From positions 1-32,519 of the forward strand of contig CAYUQW010000001.1 of NCBI GenBank assembly GCA_964446985.1: a stretch of 32,519 nucleotides of DNA. The letters run 5' to 3'. The stretch is from an uncultured Flavobacteriaceae bacterium. GTDB taxonomy: Bacteria > Bacteroidota > Bacteroidia > Flavobacteriales > Flavobacteriaceae. How positions within the stretch are numbered: the first letter of the stretch is position 1; each line of letters begins with the position of its first letter. This document shows positions 25,863 to 32,519 of this stretch, piece by piece. Under the pieces are notes generated by a model that saw only the letters and a program-made list of their open reading frames with translations, was not told the origin of the DNA and made no database searches. The position numbers and the translations under genes were made by a program.

Positions 25863-25895
25863 AAAATAAAAAACCCGACCCTTTGCAGAGCCGGG
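25863..25895 (-). terminator. Rho-independent terminator downstream of icd
   Basis: The minus strand reads CCCGGCTCT-GCAA-AGGGTCGGG, a 9-bp stem with two G-U pairs and a GCAA tetraloop, followed by TTTTTTATTTT. It starts 22 nt after the icd stop. On the + strand the stem has A-C mismatches and no T-run, so it is mainly unidirectional. Confidence 0.7.
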
Positions 25896-25916
25896 CAAAA
25901 CACAGCTATGAAACCT

Positions 25917-27143
25917 CTAAGCGTTCAGACGCTTATCGAGATTATCTTTAAGCGTTTGCAAGAACTCCTCCGTGTTGAGATAATGCTTACGTTCCAATTT
26001 ATCTTTATGTATCAATAATGCCAAATCTTTGGTCATTTTTCCGCTTTCGACGGTTTTTATTACCACGTCTTCCAAAATTTTTGTAAAGTTAATCAATTTT
26101 TCATTATTATCCAACTTTCCGCGATGACGAAGTCCGGTTGTCCAGGCAAAGATGGAAGCAATGGGGTTGGTGGAAGTTTCTTCGCCTTTTTGCCAGCGTC
26201 GATAGTGGCGTGTAACGGTTCCGTGTGCCGCTTCGGCTTCCAAGGTTTTTCCGTCGGGCGTAATCAGGGCGGAGGTCATAAGTCCCAGAGAGCCGAAACC
26301 TTGCGCCACGATATCCGATTGTACGTCTCCGTCGTAATTTTTGGTGGCCCAAACAAAACCGCCGTTTCCTTTCAGGGCGAAGGCAACCATATCGTCGATC
26401 AGGCGGTGTTCGTACCAAATGCCTGCTTCTTCGAATTTATCTTTGAATTCCTTCTCGTAAATTTCTTGGAAGATATCCTTGAAACGCCCGTCGTAAGCTT
26501 TGAGAATCGTATTTTTTGTGGATAGATAAAGCGGATATTTCAAATCCAAAGCGCGGTTGAACGAAGCACGGGCAAAACCTTCGATGGATTCGTCCGTATT
26601 GTACATCGCCATTGCCACGCCGTCGCCTTGGAAATCATACACGTCATAGACTTGCGGTTCGCCTTCTTCGGGTTCGAAAACCAGTTTGAGTTTTCCCTTG
26701 CCTTTGGTCAGGATATCGGTGGCTTTATACTGGTCTCCGAAGGCGTGACGGCCTATTACGATGGGTTTGGTCCATCCGGGAACATACCGCGGGATATTGC
26801 TGATGATAATCGGTGCGCGAAAAACGGTACCGCCCAGGATATTACGGATGGTGCCGTTGGGGGATTTCCACATTTTTTTCAGGTTGAATTCCTTGACGCG
26901 GGCTTCGTCCGGCGTGATGGTGGCACATTTAATGCCGACATTGTATTTTTTAATGGCCAGGGCCGCTTCGACCGTAACCTGATCGTCGGTAGCGTCGCGG
27001 TTTTGGATGCTGAGATCGAAATATACCAACGGAACATCGACATAAGGTAAAATCAATTGTTCTTTGATATAATGCCAAATAATCCGCGTCATTTCGTCTC
27101 CGTCCATTTCCACAACCGGGTTCTGTACTTTGATTTTTTCCAT
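25917..27143 (-). CDS. icd: NADP-dependent isocitrate dehydrogenase, eukaryote-like (subfamily II) type
   Basis: The track ORF extends to a TTG at 27164; the first ATG at 27143 gives [23 protein letters not shown]... [40 protein letters not shown] is near-identical in pattern to IDH1-type enzymes. Confidence 0.95.
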   Translation of the reverse strand: MEKIKVQNPVVEMDGDEMTRIIWHYIKEQLILPYVDVPLVYFDLSIQNRDATDDQVTVEAALAIKKYNVGIKCATITPDEARVKEFNLKKMWKSPNGTIRNILGGTVFRAPIIISNIPRYVPGWTKPIVIGRHAFGDQYKATDILTKGKGKLKLVFEPEEGEPQVYDVYDFQGDGVAMAMYNTDESIEGFARASFNRALDLKYPLYLSTKNTILKAYDGRFKDIFQEIYEKEFKDKFEEAGIWYEHRLIDDMVAFALKGNGGFVWATKNYDGDVQSDIVAQGFGSLGLMTSALITPDGKTLEAEAAHGTVTRHYRRWQKGEETSTNPIASIFAWTTGLRHRGKLDNNEKLINFTKILEDVVIKTVESGKMTKDLALLIHKDKLERKHYLNTEEFLQTLKDNLDKRLNA

Positions 27144-27213
27144 TTTCAATTTTTTTATTGTCAAATTAGCAAGGGTTAATGCAATGATTTATGTGTTTTG
27201 TCATAACTTGAAT

Positions 27214-27237
27214 AAAAAAACCGAAGCTAAGCCCCGG
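27214..27237 (-). terminator. Rho-independent terminator downstream of rplS
   Basis: The minus strand reads CCGGGGC-TTA-GCTTCGG, a 7-bp stem with two G-U pairs, followed by TTTTTTT. It begins 10 nt after the rplS stop. Confidence 0.6.
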
Positions 27238-27246
27238 TTTTTTGAA

Positions 27247-27621
27247 TTAATTTTTTTGGTCTTTTTTCTTGAAGGAAACTTTTTCTTTGATACGCGCTTT
27301 CTTACCGCGCAGGTTACGGAAGTAGAAAATACGTCCGCGTCGAACCTTTCCGCGTTTGTTTACTTCGATTTTTTGAATGGTGGGCATATTGATAGGAAAA
27401 ATCCTTTCCACACCGATATCGCCCGACATCTTTCTGACGGTAAAGGTTTCGGTTGCCCCGCTTCCGCGTCTTTGAATTACCACACCGCGGAAAAACTGGG
27501 TACGGGTTTTGTTTCCTTCGCGAATTTCGTAGTAAACCGTGACCGTATCGCCGGCATCGAAATGGGGAACGTCTTTTTTTTCGATTAACTCGTTTTCCAC
27601 GTGACGAATTAAATCATCCAT
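27247..27621 (-). CDS. rplS: 50S ribosomal protein L19
   Basis: The ORF is open to 27684, but the L19 homology begins at the ATG at 27621: [55 protein letters not shown]...FTVRK...GVERIFP. 124 aa with a Lys-rich tail. Confidence 0.95.
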   Translation of the reverse strand: MDDLIRHVENELIEKKDVPHFDAGDTVTVYYEIREGNKTRTQFFRGVVIQRRGSGATETFTVRKMSGDIGVERIFPINMPTIQKIEVNKRGKVRRGRIFYFRNLRGKKARIKEKVSFKKKDQKN

Positions 27622-27650
27622 AATAATTAGCTTTAAATGATTAGGGCTAA

Positions 27651-27682
27651 GGAAACATTCACGTCTCTCGCCAGAGGTTTCC
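27651..27682 (-). promoter_or_regulatory. Hairpin in the rplS 5' leader (candidate autoregulatory element)
   Basis: The minus strand reads GGAAAC-CTCT-GGCG-AGAG-ACGTGAAT-GTTTCC. A 6-bp outer stem encloses a 4-bp inner stem with a GGCG loop and an 8-nt 3' bulge. It lies between the candidate -7 box and the ATG. Confidence 0.3.
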
Positions 27683-27694
27683 AAAACCGCGGTG

Positions 27695-27702
27695 CAAATA
27701 TA
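27695..27702 (-). promoter_or_regulatory. Candidate -7 promoter box TATATTTG for rplS
   Basis: Exact TAnnTTTG match on the minus strand, 73 nt upstream of the rplS ATG. This implies a leader of about 65 nt. Confidence 0.4.
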
Positions 27703-27731
27703 GGATTTTTTCTTAATAAAATAACACGGAT

Positions 27732-28115
27732 TTATTCGCGATGAATATCGATTTTTATTTGTACGTCGTTAAATATTAAAGAGTTGATAATCAGCTGAAT
27801 AAGGCTTGAAATGGTGGCGAACCAAAATCCGGTCCAAAAACTTTTGATATGGATGGAAGGAATGATGGCGGCGGCAAGGAATAAAACCAATGTGTTCAAC
27901 AGCAGAAAAAAGAAGCCGAAACTCATCAGGCTGACGGGAAGGGTCAGCAGGACCAAAACGGGTTTCAATGTCCGATTGAGTAAAAACAGCACAATACCGA
28001 AAAGGATAAAGTCCCGGAAGGAATCGAAATAGATGCCGCGAAACAGTCTGTCCGCAATGACGAGGGAAAGCATCAGTACGGCAAAGCGTAATATTTCTTC
28101 GAATACGGATTTCAT
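27732..28115 (-). CDS. Four-TM membrane protein of the 'phage holin family 4' (PF04020, YvlD-like) type
   Basis: 127 aa with four hydrophobic helices and the typical layout ([16 protein letters not shown]..., [16 protein letters not shown]..., [10 protein letters not shown]...). Despite the name, this family is widespread in chromosomes. Confidence 0.65.
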   Translation of the reverse strand: MKSVFEEILRFAVLMLSLVIADRLFRGIYFDSFRDFILFGIVLFLLNRTLKPVLVLLTLPVSLMSFGFFFLLLNTLVLFLAAAIIPSIHIKSFWTGFWFATISSLIQLIINSLIFNDVQIKIDIHRE

Positions 28116-28132
28116 TTGCTGGGAGGATCATA

Positions 28133-28140
28133 CAAATGTA
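28133..28140 (-). promoter_or_regulatory. Candidate -7 promoter box TACATTTG for the PF04020-like gene
   Basis: Exact TAnnTTTG match on the minus strand, 17 nt upstream of the ATG (28115). It sits immediately downstream of the SGNH-operon terminator. Confidence 0.4.
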
Positions 28141-28143
28141 GTG

Positions 28144-28175
28144 AAAATAAAAAAGCCGGGTTTGTATGCCCGGCT
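28144..28175 (-). terminator. Rho-independent terminator of the FadL-SGNH operon
   Basis: The minus strand reads AGCCGGG-CATACAAA-CCCGGCT, a perfect 7-bp GC-rich stem, followed by TTTTTATTTT. It starts 25 nt after the SGNH gene stop. Confidence 0.8.
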
Positions 28176-28200
28176 AAGTATTAATGACAATTTGCTGACG

Positions 28201-29712
28201 TTAATTTTGGGTTTTGATGGTGATATTGGTCGGGAAGTAACCCGGGTCGTAATGCCGCAGGGTGGAATGATATTTGGCATTGATGGCGTCGATAAATTTA
28301 TTGGCCAGGATGACATATCCTTTGGTGTTGGGGTGTACGCCGTCCAGGGAGAAAAACAGGTTGGGCATCGTAGCAAGTCCGCTGAAATAATCGGCCGTGT
28401 AGATACTGTTGTCGTCCAGGCGCAGTCCTTGAACGAGTTCATCCATTGCGGCGGCCATATCCACTACGGCCAAATCGTATTGTTGTGCCAAAGCACGGAT
28501 GGCGTCGTTCATTTGGTTGGTAACGGCACGGGTTTCCGCGATTTCGTCTTCGGTGAGAACCCATTTGTCTTCAAGCGGTGATGTTATGCCCAGCAATAAA
28601 TTGGGATTGTTGGGGTCGGGTTTTCCGATAATTCCGGATGCGGGCAGAACCACCAAATCGTTTGCCGTAGTTTGGCGGATGGACGGCAATCCCAAGGATG
28701 TCAAATCGGTCAGATATTCGTCTTGGATGACCAATGCATTTTGTCCCGCTTCAAAGTGAATGGTTCTTTTGGCGGCTTCTTCCTGGGTTATCAATCCGTT
28801 TTGCAGTGCTACTTGCAAGCCGCCGTTATATTGTGCATAGGCCTGATTCAGTGCTTGCGCCTGTGCGTCGCTCAGCGGGACGGGATTGTAGGGAACAGTG
28901 GTCATATAAGGTATGGAAGCCACATCGGGCAGCGTGGCCACGCATCCTTTGGCGCCGTTGGCCGTGAGGGCTTGAAGAATTTGATTATAAAGGTATGCGA
29001 ATAAACCCGGATCGGTCAAATCGTTCGGCCCGTAGGTTGTCGGATCGGGGTTTCCCGTTTGATCGGTACCGTCACCGCCGGAAGTGGCGTACCACAAGAC
29101 ATCGTTATTTCCCAACCATAGCGTAAAGAAGGTGGGGTTTTGGGATACGACATCTTGCAGCACGCTTACATTGGGTGAGGAAGCCATTCGTACGAAATAG
29201 GGATTGGCCAAGCCTGCCGGCACATTGGCGATATTGCCGTAACCGTTGAAAACATAATGGAATATTTTGGCGCCGGGTACACCCATATTATTGTACGGTC
29301 CGGGATGCGGTGCCAGTTGCATCGTCGGTGTTTCGTTGATTCTTTCCACCGTTCCCTGTCCGGCATCCACGATGAGTTTGGGTTGTAAAATCACCTGGTT
29401 GCCCATGACCATTCCGCCGATATCTTTTGTATCGTCGTCCAGGTAAGGTTGGGTAAACTCGCCGCCGCCGGCTTCTTTCATACGGTCTGCCAACAGTTTG
29501 GGGAAGGAATTCGCCTGTCCGCTTTTATAGAGGGTACCGTTCATATATCCGGCCGTAAGTGAATTGCCTACGGCAACATAGCGCGTAAAATCGGCATCGC
29601 CGGCATCGGCTTGTATGTCATCCGGATTGACCGGGTTTTTGAATTCGGGTTTACATCCCGATAATCCCGTTATAATAATTATACCTAACAATACGAATAT
29701 TTTTTTCATCAC
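28201..29712 (-). CDS. SGNH/GDSL hydrolase family lipoprotein
   Basis: 503 aa with a lipobox (LSGC). Block I is YVAVGNSLTAGYMNG (Ser nucleophile) and block V is LDGVHPNTKGY (DxxH). About 400 aa separates the two blocks. Confidence 0.8.
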   Translation of the reverse strand: MMKKIFVLLGIIIITGLSGCKPEFKNPVNPDDIQADAGDADFTRYVAVGNSLTAGYMNGTLYKSGQANSFPKLLADRMKEAGGGEFTQPYLDDDTKDIGGMVMGNQVILQPKLIVDAGQGTVERINETPTMQLAPHPGPYNNMGVPGAKIFHYVFNGYGNIANVPAGLANPYFVRMASSPNVSVLQDVVSQNPTFFTLWLGNNDVLWYATSGGDGTDQTGNPDPTTYGPNDLTDPGLFAYLYNQILQALTANGAKGCVATLPDVASIPYMTTVPYNPVPLSDAQAQALNQAYAQYNGGLQVALQNGLITQEEAAKRTIHFEAGQNALVIQDEYLTDLTSLGLPSIRQTTANDLVVLPASGIIGKPDPNNPNLLLGITSPLEDKWVLTEDEIAETRAVTNQMNDAIRALAQQYDLAVVDMAAAMDELVQGLRLDDNSIYTADYFSGLATMPNLFFSLDGVHPNTKGYVILANKFIDAINAKYHSTLRHYDPGYFPTNITIKTQN

Positions 29713-29721
29713 CGTAATTTT

Positions 29722-30951
29722 TTAAAGTTTGTAGGAAATACCGAAGGAAGGGACAAAAGCGTTTTCCACATAGGTTCCCGAAAAGCGGGGCGTGCTCAGA
29801 CCTTCTTTATAGTAATCGTAGGAATCCGTCCGTTCTTTGCCGTTGACGTAGAGGAAGGCGGCATCGAGGGTTATTTTATGCAGCGTATAGCTGAATCCGA
29901 AAGTGAAGTTTCGCGTATCCAAACTCGGGGTTTCCGGTGAGAAATAAGTGGCGGGTATGGGTGATTGGTCGGTATAATATCCCGCCCGGATTTGTAATGC
30001 ATCGGACAGGGCGTATTCCGCGCCGAAACGCCATGTGTAGGTATTTTGCCAATGTTTGGGCAAAACGGTTTCGCCCAGCCGGTTGAATTTGATATCCAAT
30101 TTTTTATATACGGACCAATAGGTGTAATTCATATCCGCCGCCAAAGTCAGTTTATCCAAAGGTTTCCAAGCCATCCCCAAATCGAATTCCGCCGGCATAG
30201 GCAGTTCCGCCGTGAAAGCGTCTCTGTCGGGGAAATATGCCGGTTGGTCGCGGAATACGGCTTCACCGTAGCGTGCACGGAAAATAATTTTGGAGCGGTA
30301 GGTGAGTCCCAGAGAAAATTTATCCGAGGGCCTGATGCTTGCCGACAAAACGTATCCCGAACCGGTGATTCCTTTGGCTTGTAATTCTATTCCTGTACGG
30401 TTGCCGTTTTCGTCGGTTTGGAACCGGTTAATGTTTTTATCCAAATCGATGCTTCCGGTGGCGGAAATGAAGGATGCGGAGACGCTGAAATACGGGTTGA
30501 ATCGATAGGTCATACTCAATTGCGTATAGATGGCCGTTAGCGAAATGGTATTGACCAAATGCGAGCCGGCCCAATCCTTATCCCATTTAATCGTACTTCC
30601 GAAGGGGGTGTAAATGCCCAATCCGAAATACAGGTTATCCGTTGCTTTCATTGTGGCATAGAGATAAAACGGCGTACCGACCGGATTATGTGTCTCGGCC
30701 GTGGCATAGGTTTGCGCGTTTTGGTAGCGTACATTGGACAAAACGAAATTCAAACCTGCAGAGAATTGATATTTTCCTTGAAGGTAAGCAATTCCCGAGG
30801 GGTTGAAAAACAGGGTTTCGGCATTGGAAAACAAGCCCGTTCCGGCGTGTCCCATACCCAACAATCTGGCTCCTTGCAACGCCACGCGATAACCGCCCGC
30901 ATACGCTTGTAATCCCGTGGCAATAAGCAAGACGAGGATGAGTTTTTTCAT
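29722..30951 (-). CDS. FadL/TodX/OmpP1 family outer-membrane hydrophobic-compound transport protein
   Basis: 409 aa with a signal peptide. The N-terminal hatch motif AGGYRVALQGARLLGMGHAGTG is followed by a beta-barrel texture. It lies 9 nt upstream of the SGNH gene. Confidence 0.8.
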   Translation of the reverse strand: MKKLILVLLIATGLQAYAGGYRVALQGARLLGMGHAGTGLFSNAETLFFNPSGIAYLQGKYQFSAGLNFVLSNVRYQNAQTYATAETHNPVGTPFYLYATMKATDNLYFGLGIYTPFGSTIKWDKDWAGSHLVNTISLTAIYTQLSMTYRFNPYFSVSASFISATGSIDLDKNINRFQTDENGNRTGIELQAKGITGSGYVLSASIRPSDKFSLGLTYRSKIIFRARYGEAVFRDQPAYFPDRDAFTAELPMPAEFDLGMAWKPLDKLTLAADMNYTYWSVYKKLDIKFNRLGETVLPKHWQNTYTWRFGAEYALSDALQIRAGYYTDQSPIPATYFSPETPSLDTRNFTFGFSYTLHKITLDAAFLYVNGKERTDSYDYYKEGLSTPRFSGTYVENAFVPSFGISYKL

Positions 30952-31019
30952 ATCGGTTTTGTTTTTGGATTTATTGACAAATTGTTCTGTAAAAATAAGA
31001 AAAAAATACGAATTTACGT

Positions 31020-31787
31020 TTAGGACGATAAGAAAGTTTTTACGGCTTGAAAAACGGCTTCGGGTTTTTCGGCGTGTAGCCAGTGTCCGGCGGGGATATT
31101 TACAATCCGTGCTTCGGGGAAATGTTGACGGATAAGGTCGATATCCGTGCCTGAGATGTAGGGGGATTTTGTTCCGCGGAGGAAAAGAATTTCTTTGTCA
31201 TAGCGTGTTCCTGGCGGCAGGGCTTTGCCGCTTTCGTGCATGGCGCGTTCGAGAACGGGAATATTGATTTTCCAGGCAAAACCTTCCGGGGTGCGTTTCA
31301 GATTTTTCATAATGAACAACCGGATAGGTCTCTGCGATATGTAAGGCTCCAAGGCCTTTTCGATATCTTCACGTGAGCGGTAAAGGGCGGGATTTACGGC
31401 TTTCAACGCGTCGAAAATAAATTGATGGTGGGGCGGATAGGCTTTCGGGGCAATATCGACAATGATATATTTACCGCGATTTACCGGGTTTTTTACGGCG
31501 TCGAACATCAGGATTTTTCCGCCTAAGGAATGACCGAGCAGATGGGGTTTGTCCAAACGGTGAAATGCGATGTAGTTATCGAGATCCTGCAAAAGAACTT
31601 CGAGGTCGAAACGATCGGACCAAAAGGATTTTCCGTGATTGCGCAAGTCGATAAGATGTACACGGAAGCCTTCTTTTGCCCAGCGCCGGGCTAAGCTGAT
31701 CCAATTGTCGCCGGATCCGAGAAATCCGTGTAAAATCAGTAGCGGGCGGCCTTCTCCGATAATATTGGAATGAAGGATTTCAGGCAT
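31020..31787 (-). CDS. Alpha/beta hydrolase (YbfF-like esterase)
   Basis: The ORF is open to 31895, but that extension overlaps pdxJ by more than 100 nt. The ATG at 31787 gives MPEILHSNIIGEGRPLLILHGFLGSGDNW, with the nucleophile elbow GHSLGGK and a C-terminal AGHWLHAEKP. Confidence 0.85.
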   Translation of the reverse strand: MPEILHSNIIGEGRPLLILHGFLGSGDNWISLARRWAKEGFRVHLIDLRNHGKSFWSDRFDLEVLLQDLDNYIAFHRLDKPHLLGHSLGGKILMFDAVKNPVNRGKYIIVDIAPKAYPPHHQFIFDALKAVNPALYRSREDIEKALEPYISQRPIRLFIMKNLKRTPEGFAWKINIPVLERAMHESGKALPPGTRYDKEILFLRGTKSPYISGTDIDLIRQHFPEARIVNIPAGHWLHAEKPEAVFQAVKTFLSS

Positions 31788-32514
31788 TTTTCCCGGCTTC
31801 GTTGATTTGATGGAGGTACATACGGACCGTATTTTCCATTCCGTACCAAAGGGCTTCGGAGATGAGGGCGTGTCCGATGGAAACTTCGGCCACATTGGGG
31901 ACGTTTTCGAGGAAAAACCGGATGTTGTCCAGGTTCAAATCGTGGCCGGCATTGATGCCCAAGCCCAGCCTGTGAGCGAGGATTGCCGCTTCGCGATAGG
32001 GAGCAACCGCTTGTTCGTTTTTGCCTCCGGCGAAAAGCCGGGCGTAAGATTCGGTGTATAGTTCGATACGGTCGGTTTCCGTTGCGACGGCGCCTTCGAT
32101 CATTTGAGGAACGGGATCGACGAAAATGGAGGCCCTGATGCCGTTTTTTTTCAGTTCGCGAATGATTTCACGCAAATAATCTTTGTGTTTGACGGTATCC
32201 CAGCCGTGATCCGAGGTCAATTGGTGCGGGTCGTCGGGGACCAGCGTTACCTGATCGGGTTTGACTTCCAGTACCAAATCGAGGAAACGCGGGATGGGGT
32301 TGCCTTCGACATTGAGTTCGGTGTATACTACCGGCCGGAGTTTGCGAACGTCGTCATAGCGGATATGTCTTTCGTCGGGGCGTGGGTGGACCGTGATGCC
32401 GTGGGCGCCGAAGGATTGGATTTTTTCGGCAAAAAGGACAGGGTCGGGCAAGTTGCCGCCGCGGGAATTGCGCAGCGTGGCGATTTTGTTGATATTAACG
32501 CTGAGTTTGGTCAT
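31780..32514 (-). CDS. pdxJ: Pyridoxine 5'-phosphate synthase
   Basis: 244 aa. Contains LSVNINKIATLRNSRGG, ITVHPRPDERHI, EVKPDQVTLVPD and INAGHDLN. Confidence 0.95.
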   Translation of the reverse strand: MTKLSVNINKIATLRNSRGGNLPDPVLFAEKIQSFGAHGITVHPRPDERHIRYDDVRKLRPVVYTELNVEGNPIPRFLDLVLEVKPDQVTLVPDDPHQLTSDHGWDTVKHKDYLREIIRELKKNGIRASIFVDPVPQMIEGAVATETDRIELYTESYARLFAGGKNEQAVAPYREAAILAHRLGLGINAGHDLNLDNIRFFLENVPNVAEVSIGHALISEALWYGMENTVRMYLHQINEAGKNA

Positions 32515-32519
32515 TATGT

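Noticed and set aside
27622-27684. N-terminal extension of rplS ([21 protein letters not shown])
   Set aside because: L19 homology starts at MDDLIRHVE. The extension covers the predicted leader hairpin and has no counterpart in L19 proteins.
27732-28115. 'Phage holin' gene as evidence of a prophage or lysis cassette
   Set aside because: There are no endolysin, spanin, capsid, terminase or integrase genes nearby. It is flanked by rplS and a lipid-uptake operon and has normal composition. This family is commonly chromosomal and of unknown function.
31788-31895. N-terminal extension of the alpha/beta hydrolase ORF
   Set aside because: It would overlap pdxJ by 116 nt. The hydrolase fold begins right after the ATG at 31787 (the LILHGFLGSG beta-strand/oxyanion region).
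1-32519. Scan for CRISPR repeats, tRNA/rRNA genes, IS elements, integrases and long direct or inverted repeats
   Set aside because: All gaps in the normal-GC part are 151 nt or shorter (the one larger gap, 544-747, flanks the AT-rich island) and are explained by promoters or terminators. I saw no periodic repeats and no transposase or integrase-like ORFs. The similarity between the two M23 genes is limited to the conserved GPHLHFEL-coding motif. This is by-eye inspection only, so short dispersed repeats could have been missed.

Overview
This is a very gene-dense chromosomal segment: my tally of the gaps gives about 1.2 kb non-coding out of 32.5 kb. It looks like Bacteroidota core genome. The evidence is TAnnTTTG-type -7 boxes, no Shine-Dalgarno sequences, a CarboxypepD_reg-type TonB-dependent receptor paired with a DUF4249 lipoprotein, and a FadL/SGNH lipoprotein pair.

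I support 31 protein-coding genes plus one speculative 40-aa ORF.
- Housekeeping genes: folD, ffh, ribD, maf, kdsC, mnmE, icd, rplS, pdxJ, a phospho-sugar mutase and an MsbA-like ABC exporter.
- Cell-envelope genes: a PspC plus toastrack pair, a TlpA-like redoxin plus outer-membrane barrel plus M23 peptidase, DUF4249 plus a TonB-dependent receptor, a second M23 peptidase, and FadL plus an SGNH lipoprotein.
- I also call three Rho-independent terminators and a few candidate -7 promoter boxes.
- I see no rRNA, tRNA, CRISPR array, transposase or integrase.

I do not see a convincing, complete novel multi-gene system inside the window. The items most worth a second look are:
1. The left about 600 nt is an AT-rich compositional island. 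It carries a PD-(D/E)XK nuclease ORF that is missing from the ORF track and runs off the window edge, so it may be the end of an accessory or defence island.
2. An M28 peptidase homologue has Asn in place of both His ligands and the bridging Asp of the co-catalytic zinc site, so it is a likely pseudo-enzyme. A tiny overlapping upstream ORF precedes it.
3. A tightly coupled TlpA-like redoxin, outer-membrane barrel and M23 operon, in which the 542-aa barrel has exactly two cysteines (CVGGVC).
4. A structured leader of about 65 nt upstream of rplS.

All family assignments come from motif recognition by eye. No database search was run.
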